Below, one piece after another: positions 37,805 through 51,190 of a stretch of DNA of 64,000 bases (its first letter is position 1; each line of letters begins with the position of its first letter). Made by a program: the position numbers and the translations under genes. The notes under the pieces are model-generated. The model searched no databases and was not told the origin of the DNA. It saw nothing but the letters and a program-made list of their open reading frames with translations. The DNA is from Antedon mediterranea (lineage: Eukaryota; Animalia; Echinodermata). The stretch is taken from NCBI RefSeq assembly GCF_964355755.1, contig NC_092674.1:23374001-23438000 (forward strand), read 5' to 3'.

Positions 37805-40800
37805 TTAGCGTGAAAATCTTGTACAGTAAGAAATACGAAGAGGTAGGTGATGGTCATATGGAGCATCATGATTAATTCAAAACACGATGGCTATTTGTGC
37901 AGGTGACCTTTAGTTAGGAGATAATATCTATACAATGATATGAATGATAGGCCAACAAACAGGAATGTGCAAGACAATAAATCATAAATAGAGCTACACT
38001 GATTGGCGTGTCCTAGATTTGTATCGCCTGAAACACTAATATTTACTTCTAAATAATAAGAAAACTATTATTTTCATTATCTTGACTGTGTTTATTAAAG
38101 GTGTGTTCTTTCTTATTCAAAAACATTACATTTCTACACATGTTCAACATGTCTAATATGTTCAGCAGTTTATCCCAGTATGGTTTTTTATTCCACCATG
38201 GCATGATTTTTTTTCAAAACAGATGTAAACCACTTTTCTTTCTTTAAAACAACTGGAAATGGCATGTATGGCTGCGGCGAAAGTGAGAAAGTAAAGTTAC
38301 ACCCGCGAATTGACCTCAGGGGCCAGACTGACCGAACCAAGAAACAAACACACGGAAATGACAATGACAGGTACAATATGGCGTATTGAGAATGAAATCC
38401 TTCTAAACAATACTAAAGAAAATAGCCTGGTAAAAGTACTTGGGCTACAATTATAGGTCATGGCATTCACCTACGTGTGCCACGTAGATGTGGCCTAGGT
38501 TTGGCCTGTTTGAGCTGAGTCAAATAAACTTTTCTTGCAAAGGATAATCAAAGATAAAATATTCATTTTTAAGCTAAACTGACACAGAATAATAATATAA
38601 ATGCACATTATATCGAATCGGGTACGGCAAATAGGCTTACAATAACTCTAATTATGTTATCATAAAATAAAATTACCGTACACTAATTTAACTCTAAAAA
38701 AAGTCCTTTTCTCGTGTTTTATTTTTTAGACAATTAGTTTTCTTTTATCTTTAGGCCTAATTTCCCATGTTCTTTAGCACTAGTACAGTAATTCTCCCCG
38801 GGGAACGACACGGACATGCTGGGATCACATTAAAGACGATCGTCCAATAATAATGATATGACGACGCAATGTTTTACAAGCCACGTATTTAGTTTCTTAA
38901 CTGAAAAGGTTGCAATTTTCGTTTAGAAATAGCATTATGGCATTAAAAAGTACATGGTTCAATGATCATAACTCTATTACATTATGATAAAATGTATAAA
39001 TAAGTTTTAATTAATTGTGATCTTCGTGATTGAAGATAAACAGATAAATTTTCATGTGTTTTTCATTGCAATGTTTTCAGAAACAACAACTGAAAACAAA
39101 ACAACGTTGTTATTTCCAATCCATGTTCTATTGGGCGTTTTACTCCATGATCTGGCATTGGTTTTTGTAAATTACACAGGTACTGTGTTTGTTACTATAA
39201 ACTGTCTTTGTGGATTGAGTTTCTATCGTAGTCGGTAGACAATTTACAAAAGCAAAAAAAAAACAAAAAAAAAACAGGAACTGGCATATAATTCTTACTA
39301 ACTAGTCCCATCGAGCACAAACTAATAGTGGTTGGCCGGGGACTATTATTTAGTTGATTCTCTTCCCCTTTTCCTGTCAACAAATATGTTTTTTTTTTCA
39401 ACGAAAATAATATAATAATCACACAATTAGTTTGTTTTGTTTAGAAAGAAACATATTAATGGCATTCCATTTTTCTGTCAAATGTATATACAAGCCTACA
39501 AACCTCTAATAAGAAACATTTACCCGCCGCGCCTCACAAATGTAACATTTTAAAAAACAAAATCACAAACACGAACATCTAAATGAAAGCGTTGATGGCA
39601 ATTTAGGACAGTTATATTTTATGAATGCATTACACAAACACGAGATACAATTACAATGTACTACACGTGTCAAAGTGATAAGCGAGGCTTATCATTTTTT
39701 GAATAATTAAACTGGAATCACAAAAGCACATGCGTTCAATATCCGTTTACAAATTGGTGTAAAAAAAAGCATGAACGATGTTTGCAATTATCGAAGAATA
39801 TAAAGTAAGACGGACCAGCATGAAAATATAAATATTTAATGAAGACAGATGTTGGTGCAATAATTGTCAACATGTGCGAAGTATTCTGGATATAGGCCTA
39901 GTATATGGAATATTGGGTCTATTTTATACAACAAGTTTTTAATATTACATTTTCTCGGAGAAGAATTAGATTCATAATACTACTGAAATAACCATTTTTA
40001 TTGTGCCAAACATTTTTTTAAGAACCAAAGTTGCATTGCATTGTATCCTGAAATGTCCCTTTTGTCTATATATTTGTTGCACATTTAAAATATCATTAGA
40101 TATTATATAAATAGTGTGTACTATTGCACGCCATGTGACCCACAAAAGTCCTGTATATAGTGTCTAAAAGCCTATTATTAGGCCTACTGTTTTAAAATTT
40201 GGTTGATTGACGATTATAATACATATGCACGTGACTGTCTCACACCTAGCAGGGATTTGTTGTTCAACATTAAATCAACGAAACAATTAGAGCCTTTTGA
40301 TTACCTCCATGCTTTTGATATTGATGGTAGTTTGCTTGCTTGGTGATGGCATTGAATTGAGATAGGCACTGTGGAACAATCGTGTTTTGGGGGTCGTTTC
40401 TTCTCCCTTATACTGCATGCTATTGTAATTTATTTATCACATTTCCCCAGAACAACACAATTCCTAAAATATTTTAATGAATGTTTAATCTTTCCGGCAA
40501 TGTGACTGCAGTATTTATACTATATACATGTGTTCTGTTCCTCGGACATATTTTAGTTTATTTTAATCAATTCAAATACGTATAAGAAGAACAAATCACT
40601 AAAGTCATGAAATAATATCCACAGAAAAAGTATTATCCTTAGGCAATCAAGAATGTGATTGCAAAATAAACACAATTTCCAATGTCAAAAGTCACCAGAG
40701 GTCAAACCAATAAAAATAATTCCAAGAGCAAGATCTTTTGTTATGTGTCGATATACCTTTTGAATGAGCTCTGTATACCAGTAAAATTGATACAACAAAT

Positions 40801-40889
40801 AAACCATTCTATGATAATTAGACCTAGAGTGGAGATTAACAATTTATCGTGACTTTTTGAGTTTGTAAATATAAATTTCGTCGACTTAC

Positions 40890-41072
40890 CTCTGCATTTA
40901 GCCTTTCTAACCGCTCGTGTCTCATTTGCAATTGCACTGCCTGTAAGCTGCTGATTGTAAATCCCTGAAAAGTTGCCACTACGAAGAAAAAGGCAAAAGT
41001 GACACAGAACATAGCAATAAGCATGGACTTTGGCGACCGGCTTCGAAAGACATGAAATATAGTACCAGCCAT
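40890..41072 (-). CDS. Type II membrane-anchor first exon; probable distal alternative first exon of the CHST14-like gene
   Basis: MAGTIFHVFRSRSPKS-MLIAMFCVTFAFFFVVATF-...ERLNAE, with perfect phase-0 donor GAG|GTAAGT. No other large minus-strand coding exon is seen before 23268. Confidence 0.65.
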
Positions 41073-42079
41073 ACTAGTAGCAGATTTTTTGCAAAAGTTA
41101 ACCCGACAATGTTTGCCGCTGTAAAGGCCAATTAGCCGTACTTTTAGCCTGAATCCACGCACTCACACTCACAGACTAGCAGCACACACGATGATATATT
41201 TCCCTAAGCAGAAAATGTTAAAAGCATTTCCTCCGTGGCCTTGCTCAATGATTACACCATTGAATCAGATTACATCCGAACGAAAGGTCGCAGTAGTACT
41301 TGGTATAAAAAATAAATCAAAATTGTCTATATCTTCGTTTGTATCGACCTACAATGGAATGTATCAAAAAGATGGAAGACCAGACTAAGCTTATAAGTTT
41401 CTTTCGAAGTTATACGTCTTATATTTGACCTGACTTCAGGAAGAGATTCTTAAATGAAATTGATAAACCCACCAATCAGAACAAAGTATCCTCGACCTCG
41501 CTCCTACAATATCTCAGTTCGGGCAAAGGTTCAGATTACAAGTTCAAAGAAAATTACAAGTTATTAAAGGAATATTTACCCTTAATTTATGATTGTTCCG
41601 TAAAATCATGATTGACCTAAAAAGTGTTAGATCATAAAAAAAAATCACAAAGTATTCGACTATTGTTTCAAAATAATATTTTCAAGCACTTATTCATTCA
41701 TAAACTAATATATCCGAATAATTTAGCCACCTTTGTTTTTGTTTTTTTTTTAAATCACATAATACTTAATAGTTCCACAGATCATTTTGATTAAAATCCA
41801 TTCAAGAGGGGTACCGTATTTTCGAAAATCGTGCTAAAATCCTAATATTGTTTGACAAAAATTGAATTTGTGTCGATGTGACACTAAACAAGTAGGGCCT
41901 ATTTTGTTTATATCATATTTTCTTTTTGAATTATTAAGTCAAGCAAGTTTAAATTGTATAAATAAAGAAACAGAATTACAACAAAGCAAATTTTATAGAA
42001 CTCGTGATAAATAAAATAAAGGATGAAATCAAATTACGACCAATACACTAATAGAAATAGCCGTCTTTATTTATTTAAA

Positions 42080-42237
42080 TTCAAAGGTAGGTTTTACTGA
42101 AACAATGACAATGTTGTGGGTATCAGTGGCTGGATCTCAATGCATGGAGATACTGTACAAATAAAATAAGCAAAACTAAATCAAAACAGCCAGAAAAAAA
42201 TTGCAGAGATTTCGGGCAACACTACTAGCCCTTCATC
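42080..42237 (-). mobile_element. Solo Penelope terminal-repeat (pLTR) fragment with a damaged hammerhead
   Basis: Matches 55751-55822 and the reverse complement of 56093-56190. Confidence 0.75.
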
Positions 42238-43951
42238 TATTTTTAAAGAAATGTACGTAACAGATAATAAGTAATTTGTGAATTGCTTTTTATAGAGACA
42301 CATAATTATAAAAACAAGGTACACTTGTTCATCCTCCTGGATGTCGGCCCATTATCTTATGACGAAAATAAAATCAAACCTTTGTGTTTCATTTTTTTTC
42401 ATTTATGTTAATTTTTGCACATCAACTTAAACAGACAAATCAAAACTAGTCTAAAGTTTAGTTAGGTTTATTTTATTTATTTAGTTAACAACATATTTAT
42501 CCAGGATTACAAAATCAGGTACATTGTGGTCCTCTCTTAAATGCAAATAAATCTGGAAAAAATATTGATATCTATAGCTTTAAATGAATAAATTGTTGGA
42601 GAATATTTAATTTCAGTTAGTAGGTTATTCCATATTTTAGCGTCTGCTACTTTAAACGAACAAGTTCATCTTACTAATGGTATAATAGTAGGGTATTGTT
42701 ATTTTTAGGTTCTAACCCACGTGACGTGTATGTAGGTGAAATATCGCCAAACCAGCTCAATTTCTTTTGTTAATCTTCTTGGTTAGATTGCCTTGTCTAG
42801 ACTAATTTTGCAAGATGTTCTCCAACGTTTGTAAATCTTAGTATACTAGCAAACAAACCACATTGCTTTTTTTAAAAACTAAGACTAAAGAGTTTGCTTG
42901 CAAACTAAAGTTTAATCAGACTCCCCAGCTTTGTAACATTAAGATATCGGGAGGTTTAGAGAACTTTAGAGCCGAGGGCACTATAACATTTTGCAAATTG
43001 CATCAAACCATGAAGTAAAAGACTGACTTTTAAAAACCCCAAAAAACCTAAGTGGCATCTATAATTATAGTAAACATAAATGCAGTTATATCACTTATTA
43101 TTAGTAGGTCTATGTTTTCTATTCTCTTATCTCTATTTAGCGTTAGAAGACATTTTAAATGTATACATATCGGAATATTTTTTTAAACCAAAATATCGGG
43201 TGAAATTCGAAATATCAGCAGATTCACTCACGCCATTATCGAGAGATCCCCTAGGAGGTCTTGTGTAGACATTTAGCAAAAATCGGTTTCTGCAGTGTGC
43301 CGAAGTTTGTCTAAACTGTAAGCTTACTATGCATCGAACTTTCCTTGACAAATTAAGAGTTTGAGACAAACAAAAGTGTGCCAGTTCAGACTAGCTAAGC
43401 TACAGTATAAGATAGCCATATCAATTCCTAGTTTCACTAGCACACTTTACCCAACTTTTGTTTTCCAACTATGAGTGAATTTGCAACTGTTTAAGGAAGT
43501 TTGTGACTAGAGTACAGTAGTTGCTGTCTGTTTGTCTGTCTGTCTATCATTCGGTAACGACAGTCGCATATATTTTGTATAGGCTATTAAAACCAGTGGC
43601 CTATTTCGGGCCAACGAGTTTAGATATTTATAGTTAAGAAATATAAAACATTATGTACAATTATTGAGGTAAATATATACAAACATGTATGTGATAAGCC
43701 AATAAAGTAACTAAAATTAAGGCCTAATATGCATCGAACTTTCCTTGAGAAACAAGGAGTTTGCTCGAGTTTGCAAAAAAAAGATTATCACATCATTGTT
43801 AAATTGTCAAAATGAAAAATATAAGAAAATGTCTGATTAGAATTTAGAAATACCAATGGCCATTTTTGTGAAAAACACTCAATGTACTGAAAGGCTAACG
43901 AAAATGAAGAAATCAATTATAGTTAATTTCACTCTTCCCTGCTTAAACATT

Positions 43952-44207
43952 CTAATTACACCTATCGGTTACCATTCGTATCACTTGATTTCGATTTAAT
44001 TCACTTAAAACAACTTGCTCCTCGCTAAAGTTATGTGAACGGTACCCGCCAAGTTTCATGTGGTCGAAATAATGGTACGGAACTGGTTTTCCACTTGGAC
44101 TAACAGTCGAAGTATAAAACCCGTATGCAGATACTGAGCGGCACATGGTTAAAGCAATTGCTATACCTCGAATCCCAGCTGTTGGCATCTTACTTAACTT
44201 CCAAAAC
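43952..44207 (-). CDS. ST8Sia-like sialyltransferase (GT29), last exon
   Basis: Sialylmotif S PTAG..IAIALTMCRSVSAYGF, motif III YHYFD, motif VS HNFSEE, and a C-terminal Cys. Acceptor ttttgcag|G is phase 2. Confidence 0.88.
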
Positions 44208-44817
44208 CTGCAAAACATAAAAAATAGAATAAATAAAAAATAAAATATAAAATAATAAAAACATGAAACATTTTGGTCATTGCGCTTCGATGGAAATTGT
44301 TCCGACTCTAAAACAGCCCCTCCTCAATTTCAAATAAACTTTTCCTAATTTGTTTACAAAAAAAAAAGATTGGACTATAACGTTTCTCTCAATTAAAAAG
44401 ATGGAGATAAGAAGTAATAATGCCTTGGTTAGAGGTGGTTACACCATATTGAAGATATTTACCCCGTGTATTCGTGTGGTGTAGGTCTAAAGGGTTGGTG
44501 AAAACATGAATTATTCATTATTTCTTCATCGCTTACTACGATTTTTCGTTATAGAGGGCGCTGTACATGTTTGACCAAAACTAAATAGCGGGAAAGACCT
44601 ACAGTTTTCAAATGAAATAAATTAGGCATGTAAAATCAAATAATAGCAACTATCGATATATCTTAAAGGTGGATTTACCGTAATATGTATTTAGCGAGTG
44701 GGTGGTAATACTAAACTATACAGACTAATAAGTAATATGCCTATAAAAACTGTAGACCCGACCGAGTTGCCCTAACTTACGCTAGGCCTAGAAAAATTGT
44801 AACCTTAAATTAATCAC

Positions 44818-45300
44818 ATTTTAATAGCTGCAGTGGCACCTTCTGCCGACACTCTTATATCAAATTTAATGCCACTTTTATACAACATGTCTACAAATGC
44901 CATATGTCTTCTGAATCGTGCTTTAGTCTTTAGACCGTCAGTAAAAACAGTCAACAAAATAATGGATTTACGCAAAGCCAACAGTTCTTTATAAGCCGGA
45001 CATTTCTTCTTTTGTTTCGAAAAACATTGCAACACTTGATTACATTTCACATAATTAATTCCACTCAAATCTGTTCGATTCCCAACATCTTTCTCGTAAC
45101 CTTTATACTTGGCCATGTTTAAACGTATTATTAAATCATGCGATGAAATTTCATTTCCACATCCACTATGGAGAAGTATACCTGAACTCCCTACGACGGC
45201 GCATGAATTATATAACTTAATATCTGTTCTCTGTTTTATTCGGGCATCTAATTTAAATGGTTGCAGAAACAGCCTTGCAGTTAATTTATTCAAGTTTCTC
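44818..45300 (-). CDS. ST8Sia-like sialyltransferase, sialylmotif L exon
   Basis: SCAVVGSSGILLHSGCGNEISSHDLIIRLN...YEKDVGNRT. Acceptor ttttttag|G and donor AT|GTGATT are both phase 2. Confidence 0.88.
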
Positions 45301-45714
45301 CTAAAAAATAATAAGACAATATAAATAGGTAATGATACTGACCTGTCTGATTATTCAATTTGACGTTAATATGACGTTAATAAAACTATGGTTGAAGGCC
45401 AATGCACTAAACACAAATAACGTTTTAAATTTGGCTTTCGGATGAGCAGCGGTATATCGAAATCAAAACGTTTACATAACGTTATTATAACGTATATAAT
45501 TATAACGTATAGGCCTATATTATATCGGGGAAAATTATGTTGCTCATAGACGTTAAAAACATCACGCAGAAAATTATAAATCAAATGTTCCAATAAAGCG
45601 AACGATAGACCTATTTCAGAATTATCTTCAGATTTGTTTTTTGCGAAAACGTTTTAAAAACGGATGGATCATCCGAACTGCACTGCCACTCGCCTGCGTT
45701 GTACCTACGTCATT

Positions 45715-46287
45715 GCGTTGCGTTGCGTTCTGCTTCGGTTCCGACTAGGACGTAAGCAATTTGGCCATTGACAAGCGATTGCTTTTTTGAACTATCGCTT
45801 GTTATTGGTCAAATTACTTTTGTTGCTCTTACGTCCTAGTGAGAACCATAAACGTATCGTTTCCAAAGCTTTTTATTGATGACCCGAAATTTATTTAGGC
45901 CTATACTAAACCTTCTTCTAAACACCCCATTTCGGTATTTTTCAACGCAAGCGAGTTGACCAATCACACGCATTTTTTCGAGTAATTCATCGCTTGCGAT
46001 TGGACAAATCACTTTTCGTTGCATTACGTCCTTGCGTCGCGTCCTAGTGGAAACCAAGCTTTAAAGCGAGTATCGGTGTTTAAAATGGCTAGTTTTACAA
46101 TAAGGCTTGGTTCCCACTAGCGACGCAACGCAAGGACGTAACGAAACGCAAGTGAATTGACCAATCACAAGCGATGGCTTATTCGCTTGTGATTGCTACC
46201 GTAACTGTCTATAACTTCGCTTGTCATTGGTTAAAACGCTTGCGTTGCGTTTACGTCCTTGCGTTACGTTCTAGTGAGAACCAAGCT
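45715..46287. mobile_element. Cluster of three family A-type MITEs (full copy 46104-46287)
   Basis: Repeated ctagtg(a/g)gaacca ends and gcgttgcg cores. Confidence 0.8.
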
Positions 46288-47937
46288 TTAGTGGTAACAA
46301 CACTTAAGAGCCATTGTCTGTAAGAATCAAAGAAATATCAAAAAGAAGGGCAGACTCAAAAAAATGGATTTCTTTCAAATTTTGCACATGGCTATATATG
46401 TGTTGAGAGAAATCAAATATGAAGTATTTTTTTTATTTCACACGTATATTTCCATGGCAACGGCCAAATTTGTGTTTTTGACAAATTTTGTCCTTTTTTA
46501 AGGTTTTTTAAAATGGATATTGGTACTACTTTGATGAACGATATTTTTGTTTTGTTCATTTAATTATAAAAAATAATTAGTGTATGCATAATAGCAATGC
46601 ATTGTGTACCTGTTTCAAATTTTTTTATTTTTTTTTATTTCATACTTTGGGAGATACCATTTATTTAAAAAGGGGTGTTTTTCACTTTTTTTAAATTGTT
46701 CAATGCAACTAAATTTTACTTCACCATAACGCCCAAAGTGGTGTATTTTTTTAGCTGATTTATTACAAATAGGTAGTTCTAATGTTTAATAATTGATTTC
46801 TAAAATAAAATACTGGGGTAAATTTAAAATCTACAAGCAGTGTTGCGAGAAACAGGCATTTTTATAAAAAAAAAAACATGGTATATTAGTAAAAACATTT
46901 TATTTTCTTTGATTATTTGATTTGAAACTCATTGGTCAGAAAAATTCTGAATGTTTTATATAGTTCTAGTTGTGTTGTGAGAAAAAAAAAATTAATTTTT
47001 AATTATAGATTCTATAATTCCCAGTTTTAATGTCATTTTATAGGTTATATCCTCTGGAAATTTGAATAAATTATCAGATCGTTGTGAATTTTAATCTTTG
47101 CAATAGATTACTCCTCTCTTATATTGAATCTCCATTTTCATTTGTTTACTTCTTTTATTTGCTAACCTAAGCAGATCCCACATGCCCATCCACCACCACT
47201 TTCGACTACCACCCCTCCCCCACCCCGACTATAACCACAACAAGATAAACTGCAACACTTTGGTCGATCATCCACTATAGAGTGTCAAATGCATGCATTC
47301 AAGCACCACCCACACTGCCCCTACTATCGCCCCAATGAATAGAGACGGATTCAAACTCCTCCATCCCACCCCCTCCCCCTTTCTCCAAGCCCCCACCCAC
47401 CCCAAGTTAAAAATTGCAATGCAAAAGATAGGACATAAAGTTAAGTTTTTAGACCCTCGCCTTCAACCCCAACTATTTAAAAGTCCTGGATCCACCACTT
47501 TCCCCTCCCCAAAATAGAACCAATCAAAAGTCAATGATATACTCAGGTATGTTAATGCTACATAACAAATATTGAAGCCCTGATTTGAAATTTCATTTCA
47601 TTTAAGGTCAGCATGTAAAATATCACACTTTATTATTAAATATTGGTTTTAAATTCATTATTTTGTTTACTGTGATTGTTGGATTCAGTATTAATTATTA
47701 ATTAATAATTATCTGATCATTATCTAATTTCCCTTGGTTATGCATAGCAACAGTTACTATGGTAACTAAAAATGAGATATTCTTTAGATTTTGCATATTT
47801 ATCTCATACAAATTTAAATTTGTAGATTATTAGCAGGCATGCCTTATTTGCATTTTCAAATTACCGTTTCACAAGGTCATATTCGTAAGCACTTTCTTCT
47901 GTGATTATTTTTATTCATGAAAACCCCATATTTTATT

Positions 47938-48464
47938 TACAGCGGCCACCTCCCTTAACGGACGCACTTTGAAAAGCCTGTTTGTTCTTCCTATCTAATT
48001 AGTGCATTTGGTGCTTACCGTAAGCAGCTGCGGGCACCTTTTTATACTAAAAATGAGATTTTTTGTAAGCGGCCAATCGAAAAATTATTGCATGGACCTA
48101 TGAATTAGAGGTGCATGTTTATTCTATTTCTTTATATATTAGCTTTATTTTGAAGAGGTTTTAAAAACATTACTGTGAAGAGATGAGAAAACTACACAGA
48201 TTTTGACCGACCATTTTTCATATCATAAAAGTTTTTAAAATTTGTCTGAAAATGCTAAAAAATACTAAACCACCTGATTATAAATAATAATAGGCCTACA
48301 ATTAGCTGGAAAATTGAGAGGCTCGTTTCGTTAAGAATATCGTATATAGCCATAATAAGTGATTTTGGCCCTTTATCGGCAGAACCTCCCGTAAGGGGTC
48401 ACCGCCCGTAAGCGGCCACTTTTCCAGGTCCCGAGGGTGGCCACTTACGGGAGGTTCAACTGTA
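47938..48464. mobile_element. Nested Tc1/mariner-pogo-like MITE
   Basis: ta-cagcggccacctccc... and ...ggtggccacttacgggaggttcaactg-ta, with ccgtaag subterminal repeats. Confidence 0.55.
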
Positions 48465-49268
48465 TTTAAAAAAACAATTATCCTTAGTTATGCATAGAAA
48501 CATGTTCTAAGATAACATAAATAATACATTTTGACATAACTTGACCCAACAAATGACCCTTTCACAAGGTCAGACCTTTTCTGGGATTCAGTAGATAAGT
48601 AAATTTGGGAAAAGGTAGTAAAGCTATGTAATCAATTGTTTGTAGTCATGAAACCCCATATTAAAAATATTGTACTTAGTTACGTATAGAAACAGTTGCT
48701 ACAATACACTATAGGTAAAATGTTGATGTCATTTGACCTCAATATGTAAACATTTTTTTTTTCATGAAACTCCATATTTAATTTTTAAAAAAAATATCAT
48801 TTGTTACGTAAACAGGTTTAAGATAACACTAAAGGTCATTTTTTTTAACCTTTATTCAGATTCGTCAAGACTTTCTTTCTGAGATTATTAGGATTCAGTA
48901 TTTAAAGTAAATTTGGCAAAAAGTAGAAATGTAAAACTATGTAGAAAAAATGTTTTGTATTTATGAAAACCCCTTATTTTTGTTTTAAATTTTCGCATAG
49001 AAACTGTTACTATGGTAAAATGTTGACCTCAAAATGAATGAATTTACAAGGTCAAGTTTGTCATTAATGGAATGCAGTAGAAGTAAAATTGAGAAAAATT
49101 ACAAATGCAATCAATTCCTTGTATTTATAAAAACGCCATTTTTTTACGTTTTAAAAAAAATTACTTTCCTTAGTTACACATAGAAATGGTTGCTAAGGTA
49201 ACACTATAGGTAAAATATGAAAATTGTTGAGAATTGTTATGAACTATCTTGTAAATTTTGATCAAACA

Positions 49269-51109
49269 TTAATAGTTGTAGTTGCATTCTGACCCCTTTT
49301 GACCTCAAATGACCTATTTACAAGGTCAGATTTTTTGGGAGGTCTTTCTGTATCTCTTTACGCAAAATAGATTTAAAAATGTATAAAAACCATTGCTGAT
49401 TTATTTCTAAGTTTAACATTATTTTCCATCAACTAAATATTTCAATGCAAAATACTGTTTTTCTGGCAATTAATTGAAATGAACCTGGCAACACATTCTC
49501 CTATTTTATCTAAACTATTCGTATGACTCTAGTAGCATTATGACAAGCCACATATATATTTTATTATTGGATTAGCCATATTTAAATTGTGTTTCATGTG
49601 TTTTGTTTGTTGATATTTTGTTATATTTTTTTGTATTTTCCTGGCAACACAAAACCTATGTACGAAATTTACCCCAGTGTTTTTTTCGTGATTATTGTTG
49701 ACAAACCTATTGACTATCAAATTAAAAAACCTCATTGATTTAAAAACACCACTTTGGAAGTTATAGGTACGTTTATGAGGTATACTTTTATAAAAAAAAT
49801 ATTTTTTAAAAACACCCCTTTTTAAAATAATGGTATCAACCAAACTCCAATTTGTAATTTTTTTTTTCTACATTAAATGGAACTCAATACATATTGCTTA
49901 CACTGCTATAAACAAAAACTGTATACTGTAAGTATTTTTGCTTAAAATAAGTATACAAATTTGTACTTTTTCACTATAGAAAATCTGTGAAAAATGGCAA
50001 AAACATCAAAATTTGGATAATTGACCGTTGTCATGGCAACGGAGGCTAAAAATTAAAATGAATGTTGTAGATATGCTTTTTATTGAAATGTCTATTCATG
50101 GTAAAAATTTGAGAGAAATCAATTTTTTTACTTTACATCTGCCACCAAATCTTTGATTTTTACAGACAATGGCTCTTAATAGTTGTAGTAAAGTGGAGAC
50201 CTGTCCTGTTTTGCATTCTGACCCCTTTTGACCTCAAATGACCTATTTACAAGGTCAGATTTTTTGGGAGGTCTTTCTGTATCTCTTTACACAAAATAGA
50301 TTTAAAAATGTATAAAAACCATTGCTGATTTATTTCTAAGTTTAACATTATTTTCCATCAACTAAATATTTCAATGCAAAATACTGTTTTTCTGGCAATT
50401 AATTGAAATAAACCTGGCAAAACATTCTCCTATTTTATCTAAACTATTCGTATGACTCTAGTAGCATTATGACAAGCCACATATACATTTTATTATTGGA
50501 TTTGCCATATTTAAATTGTATTTCATGTGATTTGTTTGTTGATATTTTGTTTGTATTTTTTTGTATTTTTCGTATTTTCCTGGCAACACAAAACCTATGT
50601 ACGGAATTTACCCCAGTGTTTTTTTCGTGATTATTGTTGAAAAACCTATTGACTATCAAATTAAAAAACCTCATTGATTTAAAAACACCACTTTGGAAGG
50701 TATAGGTACGTTTATGAGGTATACTTTTATAAAAAAAATATTTTTTGAAAACACCCCTTTTTAAAATAATGGTATCAACCAAACTCCAATTTGTAATTTT
50801 TTTTTTCTACATTAAATGGAACTCAATACATGTTGTTTACACTGCTATAAACAAAAACTGTATACTGTAAGTATTTTTGGTTAAAATAAGTATACAAATT
50901 TGTACTTTTTCACTATAGAAAATCTGTGAAAAATGGCAAAAACATCAAAATTTGGATAATTGACCGCTGTCATGGCAACGGAGGCTAAAAATTAAAATGA
51001 ATGTTATAGATATGCTTTTTATTGAAATGTCTATTCATGGTAAAAATTTGAGAGAAATCCATTTTTTGACATCTGCCACCAAATCTTTGATTTTTACAGA
51101 CAATGGCTC
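49269..51109. repeat. Tandem duplication (~0.9 kb) of the transposon right end
   Basis: 49269-50175 and 50176-51109 are near-identical; each starts ttaatagttgtag and ends in the TIR. Confidence 0.92.
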
Positions 51110-51152
51110 TTAAGTGGTATATACGTAGTAAATTCAACAAGAATATGCTTAC

Positions 51153-51190
51153 CTTACTCGTACTGGTTTTCTCCATACTTTTGGGAAGTT
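51153..51190 (-). CDS. Probable 38-bp stem exon of the ST8Sia-like gene
   Basis: gtttttacag|AAC...TAAG|GTAAGC, encoding NFPKVWRKPVRV(R). Its end phase 2 matches the acceptor at 45300. Confidence 0.55.

Larger units (their letters stand above)
46308..51109. mobile_element. 4.8-kb non-autonomous TTAA-flanked DNA transposon (Kolobok-like) in the ST8Sia intron
   Basis: ttaa|gagccattgtctgtaa...ttacagacaatggctc|ttaa, with imperfect inverted arms several hundred bp long. Confidence 0.8.

Noticed and set aside
38297-38461. Short hydrophobic minus-strand ORF as a third anchor exon
   Set aside because: Its donor (GAG|GTCAAT) is weak and the TM is marginal.
49538-50782. Paired 101-aa and 112-aa ORFs
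   Set aside because: Chance ORFs in the duplicated AT-rich transposon arm, with no domain features.
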